A DNA stretch of 50,148 bases, from the NCBI GenBank assembly GCA_002104905.1, contig MCFE01000644.1:1-50148 (forward strand), written 5' to 3'. This stretch comes from Basidiobolus meristosporus CBS 931.73. Taxonomy: Eukaryota; Fungi; Basidiobolomycota. The translations under genes were made by a program, and so were the position numbers. This document shows, in pieces, positions 37,231-48,349 of the stretch. Every line of letters starts with the position of its first letter. Position 1 is the first letter of the stretch. The notes beneath the pieces were generated by a model that was not told the origin of the DNA, did no database searches, and worked only from the letters and a program-made list of their open reading frames with translations.

Positions 37231-38651
37231 AACATTTAAAACTTAGCCAATTTCACTCTGTTAGAAAATCTGGTACCCTAACTAAGTTTCCCTAGCCCAA
37301 ACATAATTAAACCCTGCTATGGTTAATTTTATTACTTCTCAGAATCTATTTTTAGCTGTCATACCTGATCAGCTTTCTGGTGGTCATTACATCCTCAACT
37401 GATCTGCTAAGCCTTTCCAAAGGATTAGTCATCTGAGATCCATCCAACCACTTAGTAGTTACCAAGACATCAGCTGATTAATGATTCAATTTTTCATTTA
37501 TCTTATGCACCTATCAACACCCAAACAAAATTCAATTAGTCCAGCCTCTTGGTGCTTACTAGTTCAACTTGATCAGAAAAGTATAACTAAAGATTACTGA
37601 ACCTTTGGGCTTACTGTGTGTCTCAACAAAATTAAGAAATCAACAATTCCATTCTAGTTTCCACCCAAGCCTAGCCTGTATAGCAAGGCAACTCTGTTGC
37701 CTTTATAGCCCAACTCTATTATATACAAAACCAATATTGGACCAGAACTTCTCTGCTAATATTTTTGTCACCATTGACAATTCTAAGATTCTGCACCTAG
37801 TTGTCACTTAGGTTCAGTTACTCATTCAAGAGTTATATTATACTTTTCTCTTGGATGTAGCATTTCCTCTTCTATGCTTTTAGAAGGGCATTCTTTGCTA
37901 ATGACAATAGACTTGTTCCATCGTACCGTGCCAGGGCGCGCGGCGCGATCCACGGTTGCAAAGAACAATCGGGCGTGATATTATAGCTACCAGAAGGCAG
38001 GATTGTTCTTGGACGATTTTGCACTATGCGGGACGATCTCGCACACTATGGCACAATCTGACACGATGAGGTCGGCGCGGATGATCGCGCCAACTCGTAA
38101 TGTTTGCATCACGTGCGCGATTGGATACCGCTATAATGGCAGGTAAAATCCGGTATTTGGATATGTTTCTTTAATGTAAATGGAAATAAATGTGTATCAC
38201 ACTATAAACTACACTGATACTTACCATTTTGGTTACCCTCACTCCAATTGGACGGTATCTCAGTGGTTAATTGGTCCAAAAGTATCCTGAAACTGGCAGC
38301 CCCCAATTGGCTCATTGACTACTGAAAAAGCTACCTGATTTGCCATTAAATATCCCATTTTGCCCATTGAGCAAGTAAATCCCTGATCCTAGTGATTGGA
38401 CAAGGTGTCATAGCTAGCACGCAAGCGATCGTGTAGGTGCGAAACAGATCCAATAGCTGCACTGGTAGTACAGATGACATATATATATGCAGGGTGTTTA
38501 TTTATAGGGGTTCTGTCTCAAATGTGAGAAAACCTTGATATTACTTATATCAAAAATTTGATGATCACTGATTTGCGATGGCTCGATTTGGATCGCAAAA
38601 AAAAAGGGTTGTCGGGATCATTACGAATGTGAGCGATTCAAAGTGATCGCA

Positions 38652-39944
38652 TCATCTTCTCCTGGGTTTTTTTCTCACAGGGATTACTACTGAAGCATTT
38701 GGTAGTGACTCACTTTGCACTCCTATACTACTTCCTGGCTGACTATCATCTTGGCTACTGGTGTATTTGTAGTCAGTATTTTGCCTCCTAGTTGATGAGT
38801 GCAATGCTGCAGCTTGGCCGCGCTGAATTGCTCCGACTGAACCAACTGAACCGGCCTGTAGTGCCACGCGCTGATGCGTTCTTTTACTTGCCAAAGGCTC
38901 CGGTGGTTGAGGCACTTCATGTTGGTCATCATCAGTCAGTTCACCAGAAGTAACTCGCTGATGGTCAGGCAAGACGGCACGCGCAGGCACGCCTTGACGC
39001 GTTGAGATGGCCCTTGGCTGAGTTCAATGTGATGCTGCATGTTGACACAACTTGGTCCGCTCCAATGGACTCGTGTCTAAATGAGCAGTTTGGTGAGTTC
39101 TTGTAGTTTTGCTCTGAAGCGCGCGCGTTGACCCAATGTGGGTTGACTCAATGCGCGTTGACCCAACGTGGGTTGACTCAATGCGCGTTGACTCAACGCG
39201 GGGCGTTCTGGTAAAGGGTGTTGGCATACTCTGGACTGACGTGCGCCGGCGCGCTGTGGTTGCAAGAGATGGTAGGGAATCCAGCAAGGCGTGCTGGCGC
39301 AATCTGGACAATGTTGCTCGCGGTCTGTATTCTTCCTCCTGAAGCTCACCATCTGATTCCTCAAGGTATTCACTTACCCTCTGTCTGATACTTTGGAGCT
39401 GTTGCCTGGATGAGTCCTGTGTATATTGCTCTCGGAAGCCACTTAGCTCTACTAATATATCACGTAGTACATTAGTCATTTGAGGCAAAAACTCATTCAA
39501 AATCTCTTTGGTTCCCAAAGTTGAGGCACAAACGGACGCGTCCGGCCCGTACTGTGCAAATTGCGCGCGAAATTGTTCCTGTGCGGCTTCTTTGTCAAAT
39601 CCCCTCACTCTCAGCTCATTCTTGATTTCAATACTTGTCTTGTTATATATCTTTTTACATACATCGGCTGGCATCTTGATGTAGAACTCATGCCACAGCT
39701 TTCTACTCAAATTCTTCCATCTTTGTCGACTCTCTGAGGTATCTAGTTCTGCTAGATTAATCAGTAGTGCCCAAATATCTGTATGAAGGCTCATCATAGA
39801 CACTTGGGCCATACTAAAATCATTTGGCAAGAACTCAAATGGATCCGACATTGACTTTTCCGGTCCGGACCGCGCTTGTGAGCTGGGGGATGGGTTTTGT
39901 CTGGGTTGTACTAAAGATGAGTTGAGGCTTGGTATGAGGACCAT
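38652..39944 (-). CDS. PHIS accessory protein (Myb/SANT/trihelix-like), ~430 codons, interrupted by one in-frame TGA at 39024-39026
   Basis: WALL...RWKNLSRKLWHEF..MPADVCKKIYNK has trihelix-like spacing. The two track ORFs are in the same frame across a single TGA. Ends in an NLS-like RKKPRRR. Confidence 0.6.
39123..39200. repeat. In-frame 30-bp (15-bp subunit) tandem repeat in the accessory ORF
   Basis: GCGCGTTGACCCAA(T/C)GTGGGTTGACTCAAT repeated; encodes ESTRIESTHVGSTRIESTHIGSTR. Confidence 0.8.
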
Positions 39945-40303
39945 AGCAACGGATTTGGATACTTATACAGCAGGATATTGGCATCAACCTGGTCTTATAT
40001 GAAATATATATGAAAACTAAAGTGATTGTTGAATTTTCCATATATTATGCATGATGCATCTTGGATCGCGTTGACACGGATCAGATCACATCAATCGCAG
40101 ATTTCCTATTTGATTATAGACCTATGATTAAACCATCAATAGAAGTACCAAGGCATTGTTTGCGGATGATTTTTGCGACATAATGATGAGATACATGGCA
40201 ATTGATGGAGATTTAACCAAAATGTGTTAAAAATCAGATAAATAATGCAGATTGCGCCAAATCGATTCATACCGCCTCCATACAATCATCCATCAATTTT
40301 AAT

Positions 40304-41188
40304 ATGACTTGCTCATCTGAATGGTCTTTTCTCATCAATCCCATCACTACTACTGGATTTCCTTTTGACACACTGGAGGAGATCTATACCAAGTACTGTG
40401 GACCATCAACCCCAATCTACTCAAGGAGATCCCTTGTTAAGCTTCTCTGCTATTACAAGAACTATTGCCCCACAAGGTTTCATCCCACCATCCATGGCAA
40501 CAAAAGTCCTAGAAGCTTTCATTCCCAGCTGACAGCAATGGAGAACCACCTTGCAGAGGGTATGAATGACTTAGAGCAAGCTTGGAATACTAGGTTCAGA
40601 AGCTCCAATAGACTTCCATATCCCAGAGTTTTCAGCAACAGGTTCCATATAAGGAGTATTTTGGATACCTTCCCAGTGAGGATTAACAGACCTTCTAGAG
40701 GGCAGAGGCACTTTTATTCTGGCAAGTACAAGGCACACTGTGTGAAGTTTCAAGCACTGTCTGACATTGAGGGTAATATCATCTGGTTTAGTGGGCCATT
40801 TGCTGGAAGTAGGCATGACAAAGCACTCTGGGTAGAGAATCATCCTGAATTCAGTAGAGGGGAGAAATGTATGGCAGACTTAGCCTATATAGGAGAGGAT
40901 TGTCAGAGATTAGGGTGTATTACAGCTTATAGGAAGCCAAGGAATGGTGTGCTTAGCAGGAAGCAGAAGCTCTACAATGAGATATTTAATCATTTCAGAG
41001 TAAGGGTAGAGCACACATTTGGATATCTGAAGAGATTCAGCATATTGGCAGGTAAATACAGAGGAAAGTCATATGTAGGAGAAAACAGCAGAATAGATAA
41101 AATAGTTAAGATACTTATTAATGCACAGTATGTTCATACAAGAAGACATCCACTGAGAGATATGTGTCTGGAGCATTATGAAGAGTAA
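40304..41188 (+). CDS. DDE_Tnp_4 (Harbinger/ISL2-like) transposase, intact, 294 aa
   Basis: LDTFP, YSGKYKAHCVKFQ, GPFAGSRHD, MADLAY, RVRVEHTFGYLKRF. Confidence 0.9.
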   Translation: MTCSSEWSFLINPITTTGFPFDTLEEIYTKYCGPSTPIYSRRSLVKLLCYYKNYCPTRFHPTIHGNKSPRSFHSQLTAMENHLAEGMNDLEQAWNTRFRSSNRLPYPRVFSNRFHIRSILDTFPVRINRPSRGQRHFYSGKYKAHCVKFQALSDIEGNIIWFSGPFAGSRHDKALWVENHPEFSRGEKCMADLAYIGEDCQRLGCITAYRKPRNGVLSRKQKLYNEIFNHFRVRVEHTFGYLKRFSILAGKYRGKSYVGENSRIDKIVKILINAQYVHTRRHPLRDMCLEHYEE

Positions 41189-41371
41189 ATAAAGCAAGGA
41201 AAGCACTATTCTGAGCAACATAAGTAAGATTGAGTAAAATTACCAGTAACTGTATCATACCACTGGCATCATGGTAGAAATTATAGTGCCAGATAGTGCC
41301 ATAGAGTGCCAGATCAATCCGGCACTATAAACAGGCTGGCACTATGTGGCACTATCCAACGGAACAAGTCT

Positions 41372-41740
41372 AATATGCCAGAGGTCTTTTGGTGTAGCAG
41401 CATCTTCATGCTCATTGTTCACAGCTAGCAGTTATATCCATCCAAATTTTCAGCAGATAGAAAAGTTCCAGTAATAGCAGTAGTGGATGTTGCAGACAGT
41501 AGCAGCTTGAGGCGCATAAATGGTTCTAAGAATGTTTGACATAATGGAAGTGATTAGGAGAACAAGTAGACTAAATGGTTTTCATTTAATTAGTTATAAT
41601 TGTAAGAGTGGTTTTATACATTTACATGGTGCTGGCATAACAAACATATAAAATATGCTTAGGAGCATTCAAAAACAAGTGTGCAAGGTTTGGGGCTGTT
41701 TGGACAGCTTGAGAATTTTCAAGTTCTAGGCTAAGATCAC
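41372..41740 (-). mobile_element. Copia gag start, PBS and partial LTR (continuation of 37806-37908)
   Basis: Homologous to the reverse complement of 27960-28310; split by the PHIS insertion. Confidence 0.75.
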
Positions 41741-41884
41741 TCAATGATATCTTGCTGGAATCAGTTGCTACAGTTGTTTATCTTGGAAATGGCAGTTATG
41801 GCATAGAGCTCTTTGACTCTGCTCAGTTTCAGATATGGAATAGATATACAACAAGTGGAGAGTACTTAAGAGTGCAAGTACTAA

Positions 41885-42557
41885 AAACTTGCTCTGTTGT
41901 ATAGTTCCACATTGAGCCATGAGTGCTAAAAAATGCCATAGTGTGCCATAGAGGCCAAGTCAGCCTATACTTAAACATAGAGTGTGAAGCATAGTTCTAT
42001 ATATTCATGCAAAGCAGCACCTTTTTATCACCCACTGTGCTGGAGATTATCCATTTTTAACTTTTTTTTGGGATCAGTATTGTGCATGATTTGTCAGGGC
42101 ACAGAAGGACTGAAGGGATGCATTTGGAACTTAATGCCTGAGGCACTCTGAATCTAGCTCCAGAGGTCTATAACTTGTCACAAAAATGCGTTGTACTATC
42201 TTGGTTCATTATTACCATCTGGTACTATAAGTGCTTTATACAGTTTTACTTCAGGGCTAATATTTAAATATAGTGCCAGATAGTACTAATAGACCAAGAT
42301 AGTGCAATGCATTTTTGTGACAAGTTATAAACCACTGGAGCTAGACTCAGAGTGCCACAGGTATTGATTTCCAGAGGCATCCCTTCAGTCCTTCTGGGCT
42401 TATACAAATGATGCTCAACAATGATCCCAAAAAAAAGGTCAAAAATGGACTATCTCCAGCACATAGGGTGATACCAAGAGGCTGCTTTGCATCAGGATGT
42501 AGAGATAAATTTTACACTTTGTGGCCAAGTATAGGCTTACTTGGCCTCTCTGGCACT
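41885..42557. mobile_element. Degenerate fold-back PHIS derivative with a truncated right arm
   Basis: Starts AAACTTGCTCTGTTG. Inverted arms surround the same ~40-bp spacer (AGTGCTTT...GGGCTAATATTTAAA) as 47617-48349. Confidence 0.75.
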
Positions 42558-42559
42558 GA

Positions 42560-44590
42560 TTTCTCACACATTGGGGGTGCTTAGCTTCTTGATGCAAGAG
42601 CATATGTGTTTTGATGTGCACATCTTTTCTCAGTATTTTCTAACTCTTCCTGACTGTCCTCCATGTGCCAACTCAACATGTCCATTAAGAGTTTAAGAGG
42701 CATTTTCTTGATGAGATTGGGATGTGTTTGTACTTGCAACTTTACTTGTCTTCCTATCTTTTCATACATTGACTCCATAGGAAACTCTCAAAAGATGAAG
42801 CAAAGTCCAATATTCTGTACACATCAAGCAAGATGAAGAATACAATGGGTACAGTAACATCAGAGATCTACACACTCAGCTTTATGTTTGTAGTAAAGCT
42901 ATTCATATCCCAACATAAACTCCTTGCATAAAAGCTGTAGATGTGTCAGGTTGGCATTTGTGATCCACTTCTGCATAAACATTCCTACAAAGTCCACATA
43001 TGACTCCAATGCTTCCAATGAACTCTGGACAGAAAATGCTTCAGAAGACCACTTTCATAAATACATATCCAGCTCATCCAGTGCTTGCATTTATATTGCA
43101 GCAAAGGCATGTGAGTATTGTGTAGAGCTTGTGAGGAATACTTTAGGTATTGGATATTCTGACATATATTTCCAGTGTTTTAAAATTCCTCTGGTATCTT
43201 AAAAGGCTCATTCAGCTTGGAATGCCCTAGGTACAGATTGGTTAGCATAGAATATTTTAGAGGAGCAAATGCACTGCTGCAAGTGGAAAGCATTTGCTCC
43301 AATATATTCCCTTTATCTTTAGTATTTCTGGTACCTAATTCAATCCATATTCTGGCAAATGGCTTATGGCCTACCAGCTTTGCTACAATTGCATGCTGAC
43401 TTCTGTATTTACTCTTTGAGCATGAATGATGTTCTTAGTATTGATGTTTAGATAATAAAAGTGTATGTGATATATGGGGTATATCCCCTCAATCTCACAC
43501 ATTCATTGGCAATACCATATATTGTGCTCAGAAAGCTGACTATCTTGCTGATGGCAGGGGGATTGCCAATGCAGATAATAATATGCACTCTGACATAACA
43601 GTCATATTCTAGTATCCTGCTGGTAATTTAGGCCCATATATCAGTGAGACTACCATCAGATTTCTGCTCTGGTGCCATGGAATTGGTGGCAGAATCAGGT
43701 TGATAAGAATCAGCAGCCAGCATGATTTTCTGGCAGTGCACTTCTTCAATGGGAATCCATCAGGTGCCAAGACAAAGGCATGGTCATGTATACCTTCAAG
43801 GTAGCCTTGCTACTAATTTAATGCCAATACTTGCCATTGAATATATTAGACATGTTTGCACTTGATTGATAATTGATGTGGCACTTTACAGCTTCAGAAT
43901 ATTTGTCAGACTGCATAAGCTTCTCAAGACAGTTGATATCTGGAATATATCCAGAGCTTGAGCAATGCTTTCTGCCTATGGTGGTGAGTTCCTGACCTGT
44001 TGGACACCTTGCAATGGTGGCACTTTCTGATGTGAATGTTGATCAAATGCTAGCACATACTGGTATCAGGAGGGTATCAAGGTGATATGTTGCCAGCTGC
44101 ATGACAGTACTTCTTTTGTACCAAGTACATGGTAAGTTGCATCCCTGAATACTTTTGGCAAGAAGTAGTAGTAAGTCATCAAAGCCCCCCTTACTAATAT
44201 TGGTGCAAGTACACAGCTTCTCTAGCCAGAGCTTAGCATAGTTCACCAGTAGATGGCTTTTGGGCTCACTTGACACTATAGATTATCAGTCATTTTTTTC
44301 CATTGGTGTTGTCACATTATACACTGAATTCTGCTTGGCTCCTGCAAGGTCCTATGCTGAGAGAAGAAAGGCTCACAACCAATTAGTGAGCCTTCTTCTT
44401 TAAAGTTATCACTTGGCATGCCATGTTCAGAAGGCTGAGGTGAGCCCAATGGCATCACAGGCTCACCTGAGTCAGCATGCACAAGGTTACAGCTATTGCT
44501 AGGTGCTTTCACAAAAGTATCAAGTGGTAGGCAAGATATTGTTGGCAGAGTAGTGAGTGATGAATACTCAGGTATAACTTTGTGGCAAAT
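42560..44590 (-). pseudogene. CACTA/EnSpm-like (Tnp2-type) transposase remnant
   Basis: Fragments in family order: NISKGGFDDLL..LPCTW, IFNGKYW, IGNPPAISK..C..CEIEG, IPEEF, YKCKHWMSWICIY..LL..HWKHW, PL...W.ME. Many stops. Confidence 0.6.
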
Positions 44591-45858
44591 CACAGGCTGC
44601 CATATACTCTGCCTCTGTGGTGGAGAGTGCTATGGTTGGTTGTTTTCTTAAATTCCATGAAATTGTTCCTTTACAGTAAAGAAAGGTGTATCCTGTGGTG
44701 GTTCTTCTGACTTCAAAATTTTATCCCCAATCAGCATCAGAGTATCCCACAAGATCCTCCTCTGAATCCTTATAAGTGTATCTTAAGCAGATATCAGCAG
44801 TTCCTTTTAGGTATCTAAAAATCTGCTTAACTGCTGCAATATGATCAGATCCATAGTTGGAATTCTGTTGGCTGACAACTCCCACTGATTATGAGATATC
44901 TGGATGTGTTCCAAGCATGATATACATCAGACTGCCAACCATTTATTAATAAGGAAAGTCAGAGCTTTCAGAAGGCACCAAGCTCTCCTGATTGGTTCCA
45001 TATTGACCAAGTTATGGCTTGTCTCCATTTGGGTAGCTGCTGGTATACAGTCTTCCATATGGTACTTCTTAAGTATATCTTGAATATACTTGGATTGGCT
45101 CTGGGTGATATTCTGGGTACTTACTTCTAGGGAGAACTTTCTCCCTAAGTAGTAACTGAGTTCTCCCAGATTGGCCATTTTTAACTCTTAGGGGCAATGC
45201 TTCAAGGCTGTTTGTGGCTATATTAAGATCATCCACATATAGAGCTTTTAAAGCTAGAATAGTATAAAGTTTAGTCAGCATTACTCCTTTTGAAGCTCAA
45301 AGACTCCAAATAGGAATCTATCTAAAATCCAGGCTCTTGGTCATTAGGTCAGTCCACATGGAGATTTTTAAGCTTGCAGACCAAATGGTGGTTATCATGG
45401 TCAACAAACCCATCAGGGTGGATCATATACATGTTCTTATGAAGTTTTCCATACAAAAATGATGTTTGATATCCATTTAAGGTAGAAACAACTTATATTT
45501 GACTGCTATAGCCAATATTTAATCTGATGAAAGTAAACTTGGCTACCAGGGCAAAGGTTTCAGTATAGTCAAGCCACTTTATTGGAAATTGCTTGTTAGC
45601 TATATGTCTTGCGTTATATCTTTCAGCTGCTCTGTCAGCTATGTATTTAGCCTTGAAGATCCATCTGCATCCAACTGATGTTTGGTTGATTAGTAGATTG
45701 ACTTAGTCCCAAGTGTGATTTTCCATCAGGGCTTGGTATTCCTCAGTCATTGCAATGGTTAAAATCTTTGTACAAAGGCTATTTAGTGCCTCTTTAACAG
45801 TCAGGGGCTAATAAATACGGACTGAATGAGCATAGGCAAAGTTTGTATCCTGATTAAT

Positions 45859-46069
45859 AGACTTGTTCCATCATTCCAACTGATCATAGTGCCCAATAGT
45901 GCCATAGCATGCCAGATGGTGCCTGATCATGCCATAGAGTGCCAGATGGTGCCATACAGTGCCAATTTGTGATAAAAATTGAAATGCATATGACCCTAAA
46001 TTATCAAATTAATAGCAAAATATACAGCACTTTCTGGTACTATGATCAATGGCACAATGAAACAAATCT
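45859..46069. mobile_element. 211-bp PHIS MITE
   Basis: TIRs AGACTTGTTCCAT / ATGAAACAAATCT (11 of 13); AAT TSD at 45856-45858 and 46070-46072; internal (A/G)GTGCCA repeats. Confidence 0.85.
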
Positions 46070-47616
46070 AATGTAGTAATTTGGGCTATTTCTTGTACAG
46101 TTGGATCTTCTGGCATTGATATTGCAATGATCACTTCTAGGATATTGCTGGGCACTGAGTCAAGATGAACCATGGTTTTAGAGCTCTCTGGAGTGAACAA
46201 ACTTCATTGTTTGGCCTAGAGTCAATTATGACTATTGGTGAATTAGATATCAGATTTTTGCTGTCATCTAATGCCATTTTTTGTGATAATCTTGAATTGT
46301 CATCAAACATACCCCTAGACTTATTCAGCTTCTTCTCTCTGGTGTTGTAGAGCTTATATGCCTTACTCTCATTGCAGTGGCCCAAAAATATGTATTTCAC
46401 ACTTTTTGGCTCATATTTTGCTTGATTTGTGGGAAGTTTTTGGCATATGCTGTACACCCAAATAATATTGGATTTTCTGCACCAAGTCCGTATCCATACT
46501 ATGCTTAAAGTGGAGTAAAATCACAAATTATTCTGTCATAACTCCTATGGTGAAGGTATACAGCTGTGGCAACTGATTCTACCCAAAAATCATAGGATAG
46601 TGTTTGATCATGGATCATAGACATCCCCATATTGATTAATGATCTGTTTGCATGTGATGCTACTCCATTCTGATATGGGGACTAGGGTTTATTAGTATCC
46701 TGCACTATTCCATCATTTTTGCAGAAATGGATGAAGAATTTTGAGGAATATTCTCTACTATTGCATGATCACACTTTCTCAATTTTTTCACAGGTTTCTC
46801 ACTCCACCATAGCTTTAGAGTCCCTAATCTTAGACAGATCCTCTTCCTTTCTCTCTGTGATGTAGACCCATGTGTATCTTGTATAATTGTCAGTAGAGGT
46901 GATTTTATACTTCATCTTGCCCAAGGATAAATCTTGCATAGGTCCACCCAGATATGAGTGAATTAGATCTAGTTTTTGCTTAATTTTGATAAGCCTACAG
47001 CTCATTGATGGCTGTATGGCCTGTTTCCCATATATATAGGCCTCACTATGCCTCAAATTGAGCAATATGTGAACCATTTGATCAGTGATCCTGCATCCAG
47101 AATTGTCAATGCTGAAACTGAGTCCTTCTGCAGTGGCCTTGCTTACAGATTAGTAGGTTCTTGGCTATTCCTAGTACATAGAAGACTTCTTTGAAGGTCA
47201 GTGGATGACTTCCTTCACTGCTTCCAATACATACTTGGATAACCCTTTCTCTCACTACGTTGAGTGTTATATTGTCATACATGAAAACCTTCTTAATTGG
47301 AATTTATTGATATTGGGTAAAAGTTCCTATTGGTATGTGGTGTGTTGAGATGCTCCAGAATCAATATACCAATTTGGGAGTCCTTGTTTGTGGTCATACT
47401 TAGTGCAGATATGAATAGTCTATCTTTAGTTTTTGCAGCATTTCCATACTCAGGCTTTTTCTGCGGACTATCTAACTTTTTGATGCATCAATCTGGTGTG
47501 TGTCCTTTCCATATGCAGTAGCTGCAAACAGGTTTCTGTTGCCTCCAAAGGGTCTTGAGTACCTTCTATGTTGGTAATCACTGCTCATCAAAGCATTTTT
47601 TTTCTTCTTATATATT

Positions 47617-48349
47617 AGACTTGTTCTGTTGGATAGTGCTACATTGAGCCATGAGTGCCAAATAGTGCCATAGTGTGCCTGAGAGTCATAGCAGACCTAA
47701 ACTTGGCCACAATGTGTGGCATTTAGCTCTTCATATTCATGCAAAGCAGCCCCTGTGTTTCACCTACGGTGCAGGAGAAAATCATTTTTTTAACCTTTTT
47801 TTTGGGATCAAAATTGTGCATGACGTAAAAGAGCATAGACAGACTGAAGATATGCATCTGGTACATAATACCCATGGCACTCTAAATCTAGCCCCACAGG
47901 CTTGTAGCATGTCACAAAAATGCATGGCACTATCTTGGTCCACTGATACTTTCTGGCACTATAAGTGCTTTGTATAGGTTCTACTTTAGGGCTAATATTT
48001 AAATATAGTGCCAGATAGTACCAGTGGACCAAGATAGTACCATGCATTTTTGTGACATGCTACAAGCCTGTGGGGCTAGATTTAGAGTGCCATGGGTATT
48101 ATGTACCAGATGCATATCTTCAGTTTGTCTGTGCTCTTTTACGTCATGCACAATTTTGATCCCAAAAAAAAGGTAAAAAATTGATTTTCTCCCACACAGT
48201 AGGTGAAACACAGGGGCTGCTTTGCATGAATATGCAGAACTATATGTCACACTCTGTGGCCAAGTTTAGGTCTGCTATGACTCTCAGGTACACTATGGCA
48301 CTATTTGGCACTCCTGGCTCAATGTGGCACTATCCAACAGAACAAGTCT
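47617..48349. mobile_element. 733-bp fold-back (palindromic) non-autonomous PHIS element
   Basis: Arms 47617-47963 and 48004-48349 are inverted copies around a 40-bp spacer. Ends AGACTTGTTCTGTTGGATAGTG; ATT TSD at 47614-47616 and 48350-48352. Confidence 0.9.

Larger units (their letters stand above)
37909..41371. mobile_element. PIF/Harbinger-superfamily (PHIS) DNA transposon, 3463 bp
   Basis: 11-bp perfect TIR AGACTTGTTCC; AAT at both 37906-37908 and 41372-41374. Removing it restores the copia gag sequence ATGAC-AAT-AT. Contains two divergent ORFs. Confidence 0.9.

Noticed and set aside
39024-39026. Idea that the in-frame TGA is a selenocysteine codon served by the tRNA-like element at 16047-16127
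   Set aside because: The tRNA-like sequence has no UCA anticodon or Sec-type stems, no SECIS was recognised, and the codon lies in a low-complexity region.
41250-41360. Short repeated units resembling a CRISPR-like array
   Set aside because: The units are 9-10-bp transposon subterminal motifs without unique spacers; the context is eukaryotic with no cas genes.
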